64,000 nt of DNA from sequence record OP902294.1, one strand, 5' to 3'. The DNA is from Staphylococcus phage BSwM-KMM1. Positions 33,380 through 45,492 of this stretch are shown piece by piece. A program made the position numbers and the translations under genes. The notes beneath the pieces were generated by a model, which was given only the letters and a program-made list of their open reading frames with translations, was not told the origin of the DNA and did not search any database. Within the stretch, counting starts at the first letter, position 1. Each line of letters opens with the position of its first letter.

Positions 33380-34992
33380 ATGGCAACAAAAACACAAAGA
33401 AAGCTATACCAATATCTAGAGCAAAATGCTATAGAAAATAAATTTCATATTTCTACTAAGAAAGAACTAGCAGATTCTCTAGATGTTTCCATCTCTGCTT
33501 TATCCAATAACCTTAAAAAGTTAGAAGAAGAAAATAAAATTGTTACTGTATCTAAAAGAGGCAAAAACGGTGGTGTAGTAATAACTCTAGTAAGAGATTA
33601 CAATACCGAAGAGTTAAAAGAGTTTAATGAGTCTAAGGATAATATTATTACGTCAGATTTACAATATGCTAAAGAGCTTAGAGAAAAACATTTCCCTTCA
33701 TATAGATATGAAAGAAAAGAACAACGAAGACGTACAAAATTAGAAATGGCTCAGTATAACGCTATTAAAGATGAGAAGAGAAGAATTATAGCCGATATGA
33801 ATTTTCATTCAGAAGGTCTCCCTTATCCTTCTAAGGAAGTATTTAACATGTCTTACGACCCTGAAGGTTTTTATAAAGCCTATATACTTTGTAAGCTTTA
33901 TGACCAGTATGCTATCTCACACATGGATGCTAAGCATACTAGTCATCTTAAAGCAATGAGTAAAGCAAAAACTAAAGATGAGTATGACTACCACCAACAT
34001 ATGTCTGAATACTATAGAAATAAAATGATTCAGAACTTACCTAGAAATAGTGTAAGTGATAATTTCTTCGGTAGTAAAACATTTAATACATTTTATAATT
34101 TTTATCTAAAAGTAAAAGATAAAAATATTAACGTTTTTAAGTATATGCAGAATGTATTTAAGAATGTAACATTTTATTATGAGAATGGTATGCAACCAAA
34201 TCCTATACCTTCTCCTAACTTCTTTAGTTCAGATAAGTATTTTAAAAACTATAATAATTATATTAAAGGAATAAAAAAGGTATTAATAATACCAATAGAC
34301 ATCTTGGGGATACAGATAGTGCTATCAATTCTTCAGACTATGTAAAGAACCCTGCTGTTTTACATTTACATCAGTTGTACACTACAGGATTGAATTCTAC
34401 TTTACATGATATTGATACTATGTTTGAGCAAGCATTAGATTTAGAGAATGCTTCTTATGGATTATTTGGAGATATGAAACATATTGTATTACTACAATAT
34501 AATTCTATGATTGAAGAAGAAGTTAAGAACTTACCTGAAGAAGAAAGAGGTATTATTAATAAATATGTAAAACAATGTATAATTAACGAATATTCACCTA
34601 CAAGTATCTCACCTTCTGCAAGATTATCTATGTTTACTATGCAGAAAGAACATATAGTTTCTAGTAAACAGTTAAACGGAGGTATTAGTAGAGAGGACTT
34701 ATTACCACTGAGTCTAGGAGGTATAGTGAATAAAGATTCATTAAGAAGTATGGATATACAAAACTTAGAACAGAATGGTAATGAGTACCTTTATATGAGA
34801 CAATTCACTTCTACTTATTATATACTAAGAATGTTTGGGGATTACCTAGGATATGAAGTAAACTTAAGGGAAGTAAAATACATTGTAGAGAAATATAATT
34901 TAATTGATAAAATACCATTGACAAAAGAGGGTATGTTGGATTATAATAAACTTATACATTTAGTAGAGGAAGAGGTTAATAACTATGAGTAA
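33380..34992 (+). CDS. replication initiation-associated (Rep-like) protein of about 537 aa (A-run frame change at about 34288)
   Basis: ORFs 33380-34345 and 34375-34992 are bridged by an open frame after correction. Size and position match the 537-aa rep protein of K-like phages. An N-terminal HTH is likely (LADSLDVSISALSNNLKKLEEENKI). Confidence 0.5.
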
Positions 34993-36427
34993 GAAAATAA
35001 AGGAGCTTATTCTTCATAAATCAATGAAGGATATACATTTTGCAAGAGAAGTACTAGACAATTTACCTAAGAACCTATTCTCAGCAGAGTCTGAGGATAT
35101 GGGTTACTTATTTACAGCTATAAAAAGAACAGCCCATATTTCAGATAAGATGTCAAATGAGGCATTAGCAATTAAAATAGAACAACTTATGGGTAACAAC
35201 AAGGAAGATGAAGAGAAGGTAACTAAAACTCTAACTTACTTGGAAGACTTATATAAAGTAGACGTTAATGAGAAAGACGAGTCTGTTAACTATGAAATAG
35301 AAAAATACATTAAGACAGAAATGTCTAAAGAAGTATTAGTTAAGTTTATTGCAGAAAATAAACAGGAGGACTCAGACAACTTACATGAGCTTGTAGATAA
35401 GCTAAAACAAATAGAAGTAAGTGATATTTCAGGAGGCAATGGGGAATTTATCGACTTCTTCGAAGACACTGAAAAGAAACAAGAATTATTAAGTAATTTA
35501 GCTACAAATAAATTCTCTACAGGCTTTAATTCTATTGATAATCATATTGAAGGTGGAATAGCACGAGGAGAGGTTGGATTGATTATAGCTCCGACAGGTA
35601 GAGGTAAATCATTAATGGCATCTAACTTAGCTAAAAACTATGTGAAGAGTGGATTAAGTGTATTATATATTGCATTAGAGGAAAAAATGGATAGAATGGT
35701 TTTACGTGCAGAGCAACAAATGGCAGGCGTAGAGAAAAACCAACTTGTAAACCAAGACATGTCTTTAAATAGTAAAGTTTATGGTGCCTTACAAAATCAC
35801 TATCAAAAAAATAGAAAGTTATTAGGTGACTTCTATATTTCTAAACACATGCCAGGTGAAGTTACACCAAACCAATTAGAACAAATTATTGTTAACACTA
35901 CAATTAAGAAAGATAAGAATATTGATGTTGTTATTATTGACTACCCACACTTAATGAGAAATCCTTATGCTAAGTACCATTCAGAATCAGATGCAGGAGG
36001 AAAACTGTTTGAAGATATTCGTAGATTATCTCAACAATACGGATTTGTTTGTTGGACGTTAGCACAAACTAACCGTGGAGCATATGGTTCAGATGTTATT
36101 ACAAGTGAACATGTTGAGGGTTCTCGTAAGATTGTCAACGCAGTGGAAGTATCCTTAGCAGTAAACCAAAAAGACGAAGAATTCAAGAGCGGTTTCTTAA
36201 GATTGTACTTAGATAAAATCCGTAACAGCTCTAACACAGGAGAAAGATTTGTTAATCTTAAAGTAGAACCAACTAAGATGATTGTAAGAGATGAAACACC
36301 TGAAGAGAAACAAGAACATATTCAACTCTTATCAGATAATGGAAAAGAAGATACAAGTAAGTTCCAAAATAAAGATAATAAGATAGAAGCTATAAATAAC
36401 ACATTCGGAGGTTTACCTGGAGTTTAA
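34985..36427 (+). CDS. DnaB-like replicative DNA helicase (480 aa)
   Basis: Walker A GLIIAPTGRGKSLMA, Walker B VVIIDYPHL and a RecA-fold C-terminal domain. Intact ORF. Confidence 0.75.
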   Translation: MSKKIKELILHKSMKDIHFAREVLDNLPKNLFSAESEDMGYLFTAIKRTAHISDKMSNEALAIKIEQLMGNNKEDEEKVTKTLTYLEDLYKVDVNEKDESVNYEIEKYIKTEMSKEVLVKFIAENKQEDSDNLHELVDKLKQIEVSDISGGNGEFIDFFEDTEKKQELLSNLATNKFSTGFNSIDNHIEGGIARGEVGLIIAPTGRGKSLMASNLAKNYVKSGLSVLYIALEEKMDRMVLRAEQQMAGVEKNQLVNQDMSLNSKVYGALQNHYQKNRKLLGDFYISKHMPGEVTPNQLEQIIVNTTIKKDKNIDVVIIDYPHLMRNPYAKYHSESDAGGKLFEDIRRLSQQYGFVCWTLAQTNRGAYGSDVITSEHVEGSRKIVNAVEVSLAVNQKDEEFKSGFLRLYLDKIRNSSNTGERFVNLKVEPTKMIVRDETPEEKQEHIQLLSDNGKEDTSKFQNKDNKIEAINNTFGGLPGV

Positions 36428-36445
36428 ATTTTTAATTAATACCAC

Positions 36446-36474
36446 TTGACATTTTATATGTTAGGTGGTATAAT
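36446..36474 (+). promoter_or_regulatory. sigma-A-like promoter TTGACA-N17-TATAAT
   Basis: Perfect consensus upstream of the sbcD-like gene. Confidence 0.65.
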
Positions 36475-36505
36475 TATTTTATAAAGAAAAAAAGGAGAGG
36501 TTATT

Positions 36506-37531
36506 ATGAAGTTTGTATTTTTTACAGATAGTCATTTTCACTTATTTACAAACTATGCAAAACCTGATGATGAATTTGTAAATGATAGATTTAAAGAGCA
36601 AATAGAAGCATTACAGAAAGTTTTTGATATTGCTAGGAAGGAAAAAGCTGATGTTATTTTTGGTGGGGATTTATTCCATAAGAGAAATAGTGTAGATACT
36701 AGAGTATATAACAAGGTCTTTGAAGTACTTGCTAGAAATAGAGATATTGATGTTTATATGTTAAGAGGTAACCATGATTCAGTAACTAATTCTTTATATA
36801 CAAGTTCTAGTATTGAGCCTATTGGTTACTTACCTAATGTTCATATCTTTTCAAGTACTGATACATTTAGCTTTACTGATGTAAATTTAGTATTTGAACC
36901 TTATGGAGATGAAACAGAAGAGATTAAAGAACATATTAAAGGGTCTTATGATGAAAATAAAATTAATATTTTAGTAGCACACTTAGGTGTTGAAGGGTCT
37001 TTAACCGGTAAAGGTTCCCATAGATTAGAAGGTGCATTTGGTTATCAAGACTTATTACCTGATAACTATGCTTTTATTCTATTAGGTCACTACCACAGAA
37101 GACAATACTTCCAAAACCCAAATCATTTTTATGGTGGCTCACTTATGCAACAATCATTTTCAGATGAGCAAGATTCTAATGGTGTACACTTAATAGATAC
37201 AGAAAAAATGACTACAGAGTTTATTCCTATTAATACTAGGAGATTTATTACTATCCAAGGAGAAGATATACCTGAGAACTTTGACCAACTTATAGAAGAA
37301 GATAACTTTATTAGAGTTATTGGTACCGCAAACCATGCTAAGGTTTTAGAAATGGATGAGAGTATGAAAGATAAAAATGTTGAAGTTCAGATTAAGAAAG
37401 AGTATACTGTAGAAAAACGTATAGATAGTGATGTATCCGATGACCCTTTAACAATTGCTAGTACTTATGCTAAGCAATATTCACCCGAATCAGAGAATGA
37501 AATACTTGAATGTTTGAAGGAGGTTCTATAG
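36506..37531 (+). CDS. sbcD: SbcD/Mre11-like recombination exonuclease
   Basis: Calcineurin-fold motifs FFTDSHFH, GGDLFH, RGNHD and GHYH. 341 aa. Confidence 0.8.
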   Translation: MKFVFFTDSHFHLFTNYAKPDDEFVNDRFKEQIEALQKVFDIARKEKADVIFGGDLFHKRNSVDTRVYNKVFEVLARNRDIDVYMLRGNHDSVTNSLYTSSSIEPIGYLPNVHIFSSTDTFSFTDVNLVFEPYGDETEEIKEHIKGSYDENKINILVAHLGVEGSLTGKGSHRLEGAFGYQDLLPDNYAFILLGHYHRRQYFQNPNHFYGGSLMQQSFSDEQDSNGVHLIDTEKMTTEFIPINTRRFITIQGEDIPENFDQLIEEDNFIRVIGTANHAKVLEMDESMKDKNVEVQIKKEYTVEKRIDSDVSDDPLTIASTYAKQYSPESENEILECLKEVL

Positions 37532-37908
37532 TGAGAGGATACAGAAGATACTTAGATAAAACTGATGAAGAGAACTTAGCAGAAGACTGGGAGAAAGTAG
37601 CAGATGATTTATGGAAAGTTTTTGAAAATATGGAGCCTAAGATTAACAAACTAGATATTAGTAATATTGAGGACAAAGATTTAGATACAAAGAAACCTAT
37701 TTTACAATTTCAAGACTCGGATGGGGTAATAGAGAACATTTGTAATGTTGAAGGTTTAGAAAATGGTTTATCTAAAATGAAAAAGATTTTTGACGACAGT
37801 AATTTTGAAAAACATTATTATAATAGAATTGTAGAACAGGATGAATACTATTGGATTGACTATGGTTCTCATCATTGTTTCTTTAGGGTTACGAAAGGGG
37901 ATAAGTAA
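37510..37908 (+). CDS. hypothetical protein
   Basis: 132-aa ORF overlapping the sbcD end. The track's M is a GTG; an in-frame ATG at 37617 (MEPKINKL...) is equally plausible. Its stop overlaps the sbcC ATG. Confidence 0.45.
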   Translation: MFEGGSIVRGYRRYLDKTDEENLAEDWEKVADDLWKVFENMEPKINKLDISNIEDKDLDTKKPILQFQDSDGVIENICNVEGLENGLSKMKKIFDDSNFEKHYYNRIVEQDEYYWIDYGSHHCFFRVTKGDK

Positions 37909-39822
37909 TGGTTGTATTTAAACAAGTAGAAGTTAATAATTTTTTAGCTATTAAAGAGGCTAAACTGGAGTTAGATAGTAGAGGTCTTATTCTCATTGAA
38001 GGGGAGAATAAATCTAATGAGTCCTTCCATTCTAATGGTGCAGGTAAATCAACTCTAATATCTGCCATTACTTACGCTTTATATGGTAAAACTGAGAAAG
38101 GATTAAAAGCAGATGATGTAGTTAATAATATTGAGAAGAAAAACACATTTGTTAAACTACAGTTTGATATTGGAGAAGATAGTTATTTAATTGAACGTTA
38201 CCGTAAAGATAAGGAAAATAAAAATAAAGTAAAATTATTTGTTAATGATAAAGAGATTACAGGTTCAACAAATGATGTTACTGATAAGCAAATACAAGAT
38301 TTATTCGGTATTGAGTTTAATACCTACGTCAATGCTATTATGTATGGTCAAGGAGACATTCCTATGTTCTCTCAAGCTACAGACAAAGGTAAAAGGAAAT
38401 ATTGGAATCTATCACTAAAACCGATGTGTATAAACAAGCACAAGATGTAGCAAAGAGAAAGTTAAAGAAGTAGAAGAAGAGCAGAATAAACTAAACCAAG
38501 AAATATATAAAATAGATTATCAATTATCTACCAAAGATGAGTATTTTCAAAAGAGGTAGAACAATATAATCAGTATAAGGAACAGTTACTTCAGATTGAG
38601 AACAACAATAAAGAAAAAGATAAAATGAGGGAACAAGAGGAGAAGCAAATAGAGGCTCAAATAGAGCAATTAACAGCTCAGATACCAACAATACCTAATG
38701 AACAATTTATGCACTCAGAAGAGTACAATAAAGCCTCTCAGAGCTTAGATTTACTTTCTAATAAATTAACTGAGTTAAATCAAGTATATGCAGATTATAA
38801 TACTAAAGAACAAGTACTAAAGTCTGAAATAGTAACGTTAAACAATAGTTTAAATCAGTTGGATACAAACGACCATTGCCCTGTTTGCGGTTCTCCAATA
38901 GATAACTCTCATAAACTTAAGGAACAAGAAAACATCAATACTCAGATAGAGAATAAAAACAAGAAGTTAGTAGTGTAGAGAATATGAAAACTACTTATAA
39001 AGAAGCTATTGACAAAGTAAATGATAAATCACAAGAAATTAAAGATAGAATGGTACAGGAAGACCAACAAGAGAGAGAGCACAATAATAAAATCAATAAT
39101 ATTATACAAGAAGCTTCTAAAATTAAGTCAGACATTAGCTCACTAGAGAATAATAAGACTTATTTAAAGGTAAAATATCAACATCAATCTATACAAGGTT
39201 TAGAGAGAGAAGAACCAAGTAAAGAAAAACATGAAGAAGAGAAAAAGAATTACAAAATACTATTGACAAACATGAGGATTATATAGTACACTTAGAAAGT
39301 AAGAAAGGTAAGTATCAACAAGCAGTAGATGCTTTTAGTAATAAAGGAATACGTTCAGTAGTATTGGACTTTATTACACCATTCTTAAATGAGAAAGCTA
39401 ATGAGTACCTTCAAACACTATCAGGTTCAGATATTGAAATAGAATTCCAAACACAAGTTAAGAATACTAAAGGTGAACTAAAAGATAAGTTTGATGTTAT
39501 TGTTAAGAACAGTAAAGGTGGAGGTTCATATAAATCAAACTCTGCAGGAGAACAAAAACGTATTGATTTAGCAATCAGTTTTGCAATACAAGATTTAATT
39601 ATGAGTAAAGACGAGATATCTACAAATATTGCCCTTTATGATGAGTGTTTTGATGGGTTAGATACTATAGGATGTGAGAATGTAATTAGATTATTAAAAG
39701 ACAGACTCAATACAGTAGGTACTATATTTGTAATTACACATAACCAAAGTTTAGCTCCCTTATTTGAGCAAACAATTAAAATAATAAAGGAAAACGGAAT
39801 ATCAAAATTGGAGGAAAAATAA
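37908..39822 (+). CDS. sbcC: SbcC/Rad50-like ATPase of about 638 aa (frame broken at least 4 times between 38400 and 39360)
   Basis: Walker A SNGAGKSTLISAI at the N-terminus. Coiled-coil middle carrying a CPVCG zinc hook (38878-38892). ABC signature SAGEQKRIDLA and Walker B LYDECFDGLD at the C-terminus. Fragments 37908-38450, 38625-38978, 38984-39286 and 39364-39822 plus bridging frames. Confidence 0.75.
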
Positions 39823-40421
39823 TGAAATTAAAGATTTTAGATAAAGATAACGGAACACTTAATGTGTTTCATCGTAACAAGGAATACAAGACAATAGACA
39901 ATGTACCAACTGCTAATCTAATAGATTGGTACCCTTTAAGTAATGCTTATGAATATAAACTAAGCAGAAACGGTGAATACTTAGAACTGAAAAGGTTACG
40001 TTCAACACTACCTACTTCATACGGGTTGGAAACTAATAATCAGAGTATTATTAGAGACAATAATCATAGATGTAAGATAGGGTATTGGTATAATCCTGCT
40101 GTAAGGAAAGATAATTTAAAAATTATTGACAAAGCTAAACAATATGGGTTACCTATTATTACAGAGGAATATGATTCCGATATTGTAGAGCAAGGATTTA
40201 GAGACATTGGTGTAATATTCCAAAGTCTTAAAACAATAGTAGTTACTAGGTACTTAGAAGGTAAAACAGAAGAAGAACTAAGAATTTTTAATATGAAATC
40301 TGAAGAATCACAGCTTAATGAAGCACTTAAAGAGAGTGATTTTTCCGTAGACTTAACATATAGTGACTTAGGTCAAATTTATAATATGTTACTACTAATG
40401 AAGAAAATCAGTAAACAGTAA
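39822..40421 (+). CDS. hypothetical protein (annotated as putative anti-sigma factor in K-like genomes)
   Basis: 199 aa, ATGA-coupled to sbcC. No motif I can verify. Confidence 0.4.
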   Translation: MKLKILDKDNGTLNVFHRNKEYKTIDNVPTANLIDWYPLSNAYEYKLSRNGEYLELKRLRSTLPTSYGLETNNQSIIRDNNHRCKIGYWYNPAVRKDNLKIIDKAKQYGLPIITEEYDSDIVEQGFRDIGVIFQSLKTIVVTRYLEGKTEEELRIFNMKSEESQLNEALKESDFSVDLTYSDLGQIYNMLLLMKKISKQ

Positions 40422-40432
40422 GGAAGGATAAT

Positions 40433-41493
40433 ATGAGGTTTGAAGACTTTTTGACACAGGAATTAGGAGAACCAAAAGAGAATACTATAGGTGAGTTAAG
40501 ATATTGTTGTCCGTTTTGTGGAGAAAAAGTTATAAGTTCTATGTTAAACAAGCGTTAGATTCTAGTAATGGTCAGTACCACTGTAAAAAGTGTGATGAGT
40601 CAGGTAATCCTATAACGTTTATGAAAACTTATTATAACATCACAGGTAAACAAGCTTTTGATTTACTAGAATCTAAAAACATAGATATAGAGAAAGCCTC
40701 TGTACTTACATCAAACAATAAGGATTTAACAGAGTCAGAGAAACTTATACTAATGCTTAGAGGAGTACACCAAGAGAATAAGAACTCAATAAAACCACCT
40801 AAGTTACCTGTTGGTTTTAAATTGATAAAAGATAATTTGAATAACAAAGAGATAATACCTTTTTAAAGTATCTAAAGGGAAGAGGAATAACATTAAACCA
40901 AATTATTAATAATAATATAGGTTATGTCATTAATGGATACTTTTATAAATCTGATGGGGAGACCAAAGCACCTCTTAGAAATAGTATTATATTTTTCACA
41001 TATGATAATGAAGGAAAGTATCAATACTGGAATACTAGAAGTATAGATAAGAATCCCTATATAAAATCTATTAACGCTCCTGCTAAACAAGATGAAGTAG
41101 GTAGAAAAGATATTATATTTAATTTAAATATAGCAAGAAAGAAAAAATTCTTAGTTATAACTGAAGGTGTATTTGATGCTTTAACTTTCCATGAATATGG
41201 AGTAGCAACATTAGGAAAACAAGTAACAGACAATCAGGTACAGAAGATATTGGATAGTGTAGATAAAGATACTTCTATCTATATTATGTTAGATACAGAT
41301 GCATTAGACAATAACATAGATTTAGCATATAGATTAAAAACACATTTTAATAAGGTATACTTTGTACCTCACGGTGACGAAGATGCTAATGATATGGGAA
41401 CAAAAAAGCATTTGAGCTTTTACAAAGTAATAGGGTATTAGTAACACCTGAAAGTATACAGAGTTACAAAATACAACAAAAACTTAAACTTTA
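40433..41493 (+). CDS. DNA primase of about 353 aa (frame broken at about 40527, about 40868 and about 41405)
   Basis: N-terminal zinc ribbon CCPFCG...HCKKCDESG. TOPRIM-like acidic motifs VITEGVFDALTF, IMLDTDALDN and PHGDEDAND. Fragments join after 1-nt homopolymer fixes. Confidence 0.7.
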
Positions 41494-41496
41494 AGC

Positions 41497-41525
41497 TTGA
41501 CCTTTTAATCATTTTATGTTATACT
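41497..41525 (+). promoter_or_regulatory. sigma-A-like promoter TTGACC-N17-TATACT
   Basis: Starts 3 nt after the primase stop. Confidence 0.55.
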
Positions 41526-41559
41526 AGTAATTAAGAAATCAATAAAGGAGATAAATTTA

Positions 41560-42349
41560 ATGGCAGATAATAAAAAGATATTTTAGAATTTGTAGATGAG
41601 TACATTACAGCTATGAGGGTTGGTAATGAGCAAAGACAGCACCAACTAGAAGAATTAGGTAAGGAAGAGACAGCAACGTTAACTGATGTAGCTTTAGCTA
41701 TTACTAACCTTATGATAGGTGTAAATAGTCAAATGATTGCGTTAGAAAATAATACAGAATTAAACTTAAATATTTTAATTGATGCTTTATACAAAGCAGA
41801 ACTTATTAATGATGATGTCCTAGACCACATTCAAGACTCAATTGATAAATCAGAAGAAGAAGAAAAAATAAAACAGAAGAAAAAGGAGAACAAGAATAAT
41901 GGAAAAAATATTAGCACACACACAAAAGGTATTAGTCAAGAAGATATGGCAACATGGGTTGAAGCAATCACTGAAGGTACAGTAGAGGGTAAAGAGATTG
42001 ATAAAGAAACAGCTAAGAAATTAGACCGAATCGGTTCTAGAAGTGTTTCCTTAGAAGAAGCAACTCGTATTGCAAAAGTTATTAATGCTGTATCAGCACA
42101 AGAAACAACTTCAGCTTTTAATGAAGCCTTTAATTTAATTGACCTTCTAATGATTATCTTAGAAGATGAAGTAGGGGTAACAGAAGAGCAAGTATCAAGA
42201 GCACAAAAAACGTTGAAGGAAAAAGAGAAGCTTATCTAAAAGATAAACAAGAAGAGTTACGTCAAAAACAACAAGAAGAAACAAAAGAAGAAACTGAGTC
42301 TGACAGCAATGAAAAAGTAATTCAGTTGAAGAAAAATGACGAACAGTAA
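41560..42349 (+). CDS. hypothetical acidic protein of about 262 aa (A-run frame changes at about 41578 and about 42240)
   Basis: MADNKK(D)ILEFVDEYITAMRVGNEQ... joins ORF 41613-42239 and continues to the TAA at 42347. Overlaps the next ATG. Confidence 0.4.
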
Positions 42350-42788
42350 GAAAAAAGGGGATACATTCGAAAGAAAGATAGCTAAAGAATTGACTGCTTG
42401 GTGGGGATACCAGTTTAATAGGTCTCCTCAATCAGGTGGTGCTTCATGGGGTAAAGATAATAATGCTGTCGGAGATATAGTAGTACCTCAGGAAGCTAAT
42501 TTTCCTTTAGTAGTAGAATGTAAACATAGAGAAGAATGGACGATTGATAATGTCCTACTTAACAATAGAGAGCCTCACACTTGGTGGGAGCAAGTAATTA
42601 ATGATAGTAGCAAGGTGGATAAAACACCTTGCTTAATATTTACTAGAAATAGAGCTCAGAGTTACGTTGCCTTACCTTATGATGAAAAAGTATATGAGGA
42701 CTTAAGAGATAATGAATATCCTGTTATGAGAACAGATTTTATTATTGATAACATACGAAAAGATAAATTTTTTATGATGTCCTTATAA
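42336..42788 (+). CDS. Holliday junction resolvase (Hjc/PD-(D/E)xK family)
   Basis: GDTFERKIAKEL ... SGG ... GDIVVP ... VVECKHRE matches the Hjc-type motif order G-x-E-R / D / E-x-K. Confidence 0.6.
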   Translation: MTNSKKKGDTFERKIAKELTAWWGYQFNRSPQSGGASWGKDNNAVGDIVVPQEANFPLVVECKHREEWTIDNVLLNNREPHTWWEQVINDSSKVDKTPCLIFTRNRAQSYVALPYDEKVYEDLRDNEYPVMRTDFIIDNIRKDKFFMMSL

Positions 42789-42958
42789 CTACCATGAGTG
42801 GGTTGACCTCATTTACACCTTCTTATATTATATCTTGCTACGACAAAAAGATATAAAACCGTACAAGAAGGTCGAGTCTAATTTATCTGAGGTAAGTAAG
42901 CATGAAGATGAATTGATTGATGACCTTCTTAATGATATATAAGGAAGGTAAGATAGGT

Positions 42959-43351
42959 ATGACAAGTAAAGAAAGACCATTAATTGTGTATTTTTCAGGG
43001 ACAGGACAAACAGAAAGACTAGTAAACAAGATTAACATTAATAACTCTTTTGAAACCTTTAGAGTTAAAAATGGAAAAGAGAAAGTAGACAAACCTTTTA
43101 TATTAATAACACCAACATATATGAAAGGTGCAATACCTAAACAAATAGAAAGATTTTTAGAAATTAATGGGAGCCCTAAAGAAGTTATTGGTACAGGAAA
43201 TAAACAATGGGGCTCTAATTTCTGTGGAGCAAGTAAGAAGATTTCAGAGATGTTTAAGATTCCTTTAATTGCTAAAGTAGAGCAATCAGGACACTTTAAC
43301 GAAATACAACCAATATTAGAACACTTTAGTAATAAATACAAAGTAGCGTAA
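42959..43351 (+). CDS. nrdI: NrdI flavodoxin-like ribonucleotide reductase stimulatory protein
   Basis: The LIVYFSGTGQTERL signature follows an ATG at 42959 preceded by AAGGAAGG. The track's upstream ATG at 42917 lacks an RBS. Confidence 0.75.
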   Translation: MTSKERPLIVYFSGTGQTERLVNKININNSFETFRVKNGKEKVDKPFILITPTYMKGAIPKQIERFLEINGSPKEVIGTGNKQWGSNFCGASKKISEMFKIPLIAKVEQSGHFNEIQPILEHFSNKYKVA

Positions 43352-43365
43352 AGGATGAGAGATAT

Positions 43366-45479
43366 ATGGCAACATATGGTAAATGGATTGAGTTAAATAA
43401 TGAGATAACTCAATTAGATGACAATGGAAAAAATAAACTCTATAAAGACCAAGAAGCTTTAGATGAGTATTTAAAATATATTGAAGATAACACAAGAGAA
43501 TTTAATAGTACAGTAGAAAGAATTAGATTATTGACAAAAGAAGGGACTTATGATAAGATATTTGATAGTGTTCCTGATACTATTATTGATGAAATGACTA
43601 AGTTAGCTTACAGTTTTAACTTTAAGTTCCCTAGTTTTATGGCAGGTCAAAAGTTCTATGAATCTTATGCTTCAAAACAATACGATAAAAATGATAAACC
43701 TGTATTTGTTGAAGACTATGAGCAACATAATGTTAGAGTAGCTTTATATCTATTCCAAAACGATTATGTAAAAGCTAGAGAATTATTGATTCAACTTATG
43801 GAACAGACATTCCAACCATCTACACCAACTTATAACAACTCAGGACAAGCTAACAGAGGTGAATTAAGTTCATGTTACTTGTTTGTAGTAGATGATTCAA
43901 TTGAGTCTCTAAACTTTGTTGAAGATAGTGTAGCTAATGCTAGTTCTAATGGTGGGGAGTTGCTATTGATTTAACTAGAATAAGACCTAAAGGTGCTCCA
44001 GTACGTAATAGACCTAATTCAAGTAAAGGTGTTATTGCTTTTGCTAAAGCTATTGAGCATAAAGTAAGTATCTATGACCAAGGTGGAGTTAGACAGGGAA
44101 GTGGAGCAGTTTACTTAAACATATTCCACAACGATATTTTGGATTTATTAAGTTCTAAGAAAATTAATGCTAGTGAATCAGTAAGACTAGATAAATTATC
44201 TATAGGGGTTACAATACCTAATAAATTTATGGAATTAGTTAAAGAAGGTAAACCTTTCTATACTTTTGATACTTATGACATTAATAAAGTGTACGGTAAG
44301 TACCTAGATGAATTAAATATTGATGAATGGTATGAAGAGTTACTAAACAATGATAAGATTAATAAAGTAAAACATGATGCTAGAGAAGTTATGACAGATA
44401 TTGCTAAAACACAACTAGAATCAGGATACCCTTACGTATTCTATATTGACAATGCTAATGATAATCACCCACTTAAAAACTTAGGTAAAGTTAAAATGAG
44501 TAACTTATGTACAGAAATTTCTCAATTACAAGAAGTATCAGAGATACACCCTTATGCATATAGTGATAAGAATATTATTAACAGAGATGTTGTTTGTACA
44601 TTAGGTTCCCTTAACTTAGTTAATGTGGTTGAAAAAGGTTTATTAAATGAGTCTGTAGACATTGGTACAAGAGCATTAACAAAAGTTACTGATATTATGG
44701 ATTTACCATACCTACCTAGTGTTCAAAAAGCAAATGATGATATTAGAGCTATTGGTTTAGGTTCAATGAATTTACATGGGCTTTTAGCTAAGAACATGAT
44801 TAGTTATGGTTCTAGAGAAGCATTAGACCTGGTAAATAGTCTATATAGTGCTATTAACTTCCAGTCTATTAAAACTTCTATGTTAATGGCTAAAGAAACA
44901 GGTAAACCTTTTGCAGGCTTTGAGAAATCAGATTATGCTACTGGTGAATACTTTGTACGCTATATTAGAGAGTCTAACCAACCTAAAACAGAAAAAGCTA
45001 AGAAAGTATTAAGTAAAATTTATATCCCAACTCAAGATGACTGGGATAAGTTAGCAAAAGAAGTTAAAGTTCACGGATTATACAATGGATATAGAAAAGC
45101 TGAGGCACCTACTCAATCTATATCATATGTACAGAACGCTACAAGTTCTATTATGCCAGTACCTAGTGCTATTGAGAACAGACAATATGGAGATATGGAA
45201 ACATATTACCCAATGCCTTATTTAAGCCCTATAACTCAGTTCTTCTATGAAGGAGAAACAGCTTATAAGATTGATAATAAACGTATTATTAATACAAGTG
45301 CGGTAGTTCAGAAACACACAGACCAAGCAGTATCTACTATTCTTTATGTAGAATCAGAAATACCAACTAATAAATTAGTATCGTTATATTACTATGCTTG
45401 GGAGCAAGGATTAAAATCATTATATTACACACGTTCACGTAAACTTTCTGTTATTGAATGTGAAACATGTTCGGTTTAG
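43366..45479 (+). CDS. nrdE: ribonucleotide reductase class Ib large subunit NrdE (704 aa; G-run frame change at about 43955)
   Basis: ORFs 43366-43974 and the frame continuing ...GGVAIDLTRIRPKGAPVRNRPNSSKGVIAFAKAIEH... into 44139-45479 make one 704-aa protein. C-terminal catalytic-site motifs are present (NLCTEI, the YYTRS segment). No intron. Confidence 0.85.
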
Positions 45480-45492
45480 GAAGGAAATAGAT

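Noticed and set aside
39822-40421. Confident functional call of anti-sigma factor
   Set aside because: The label comes from legacy annotation of the K-like orthologue. Nothing in the sequence (no zinc-finger, no recognisable anti-sigma domain) lets me verify it, so it is listed as hypothetical.
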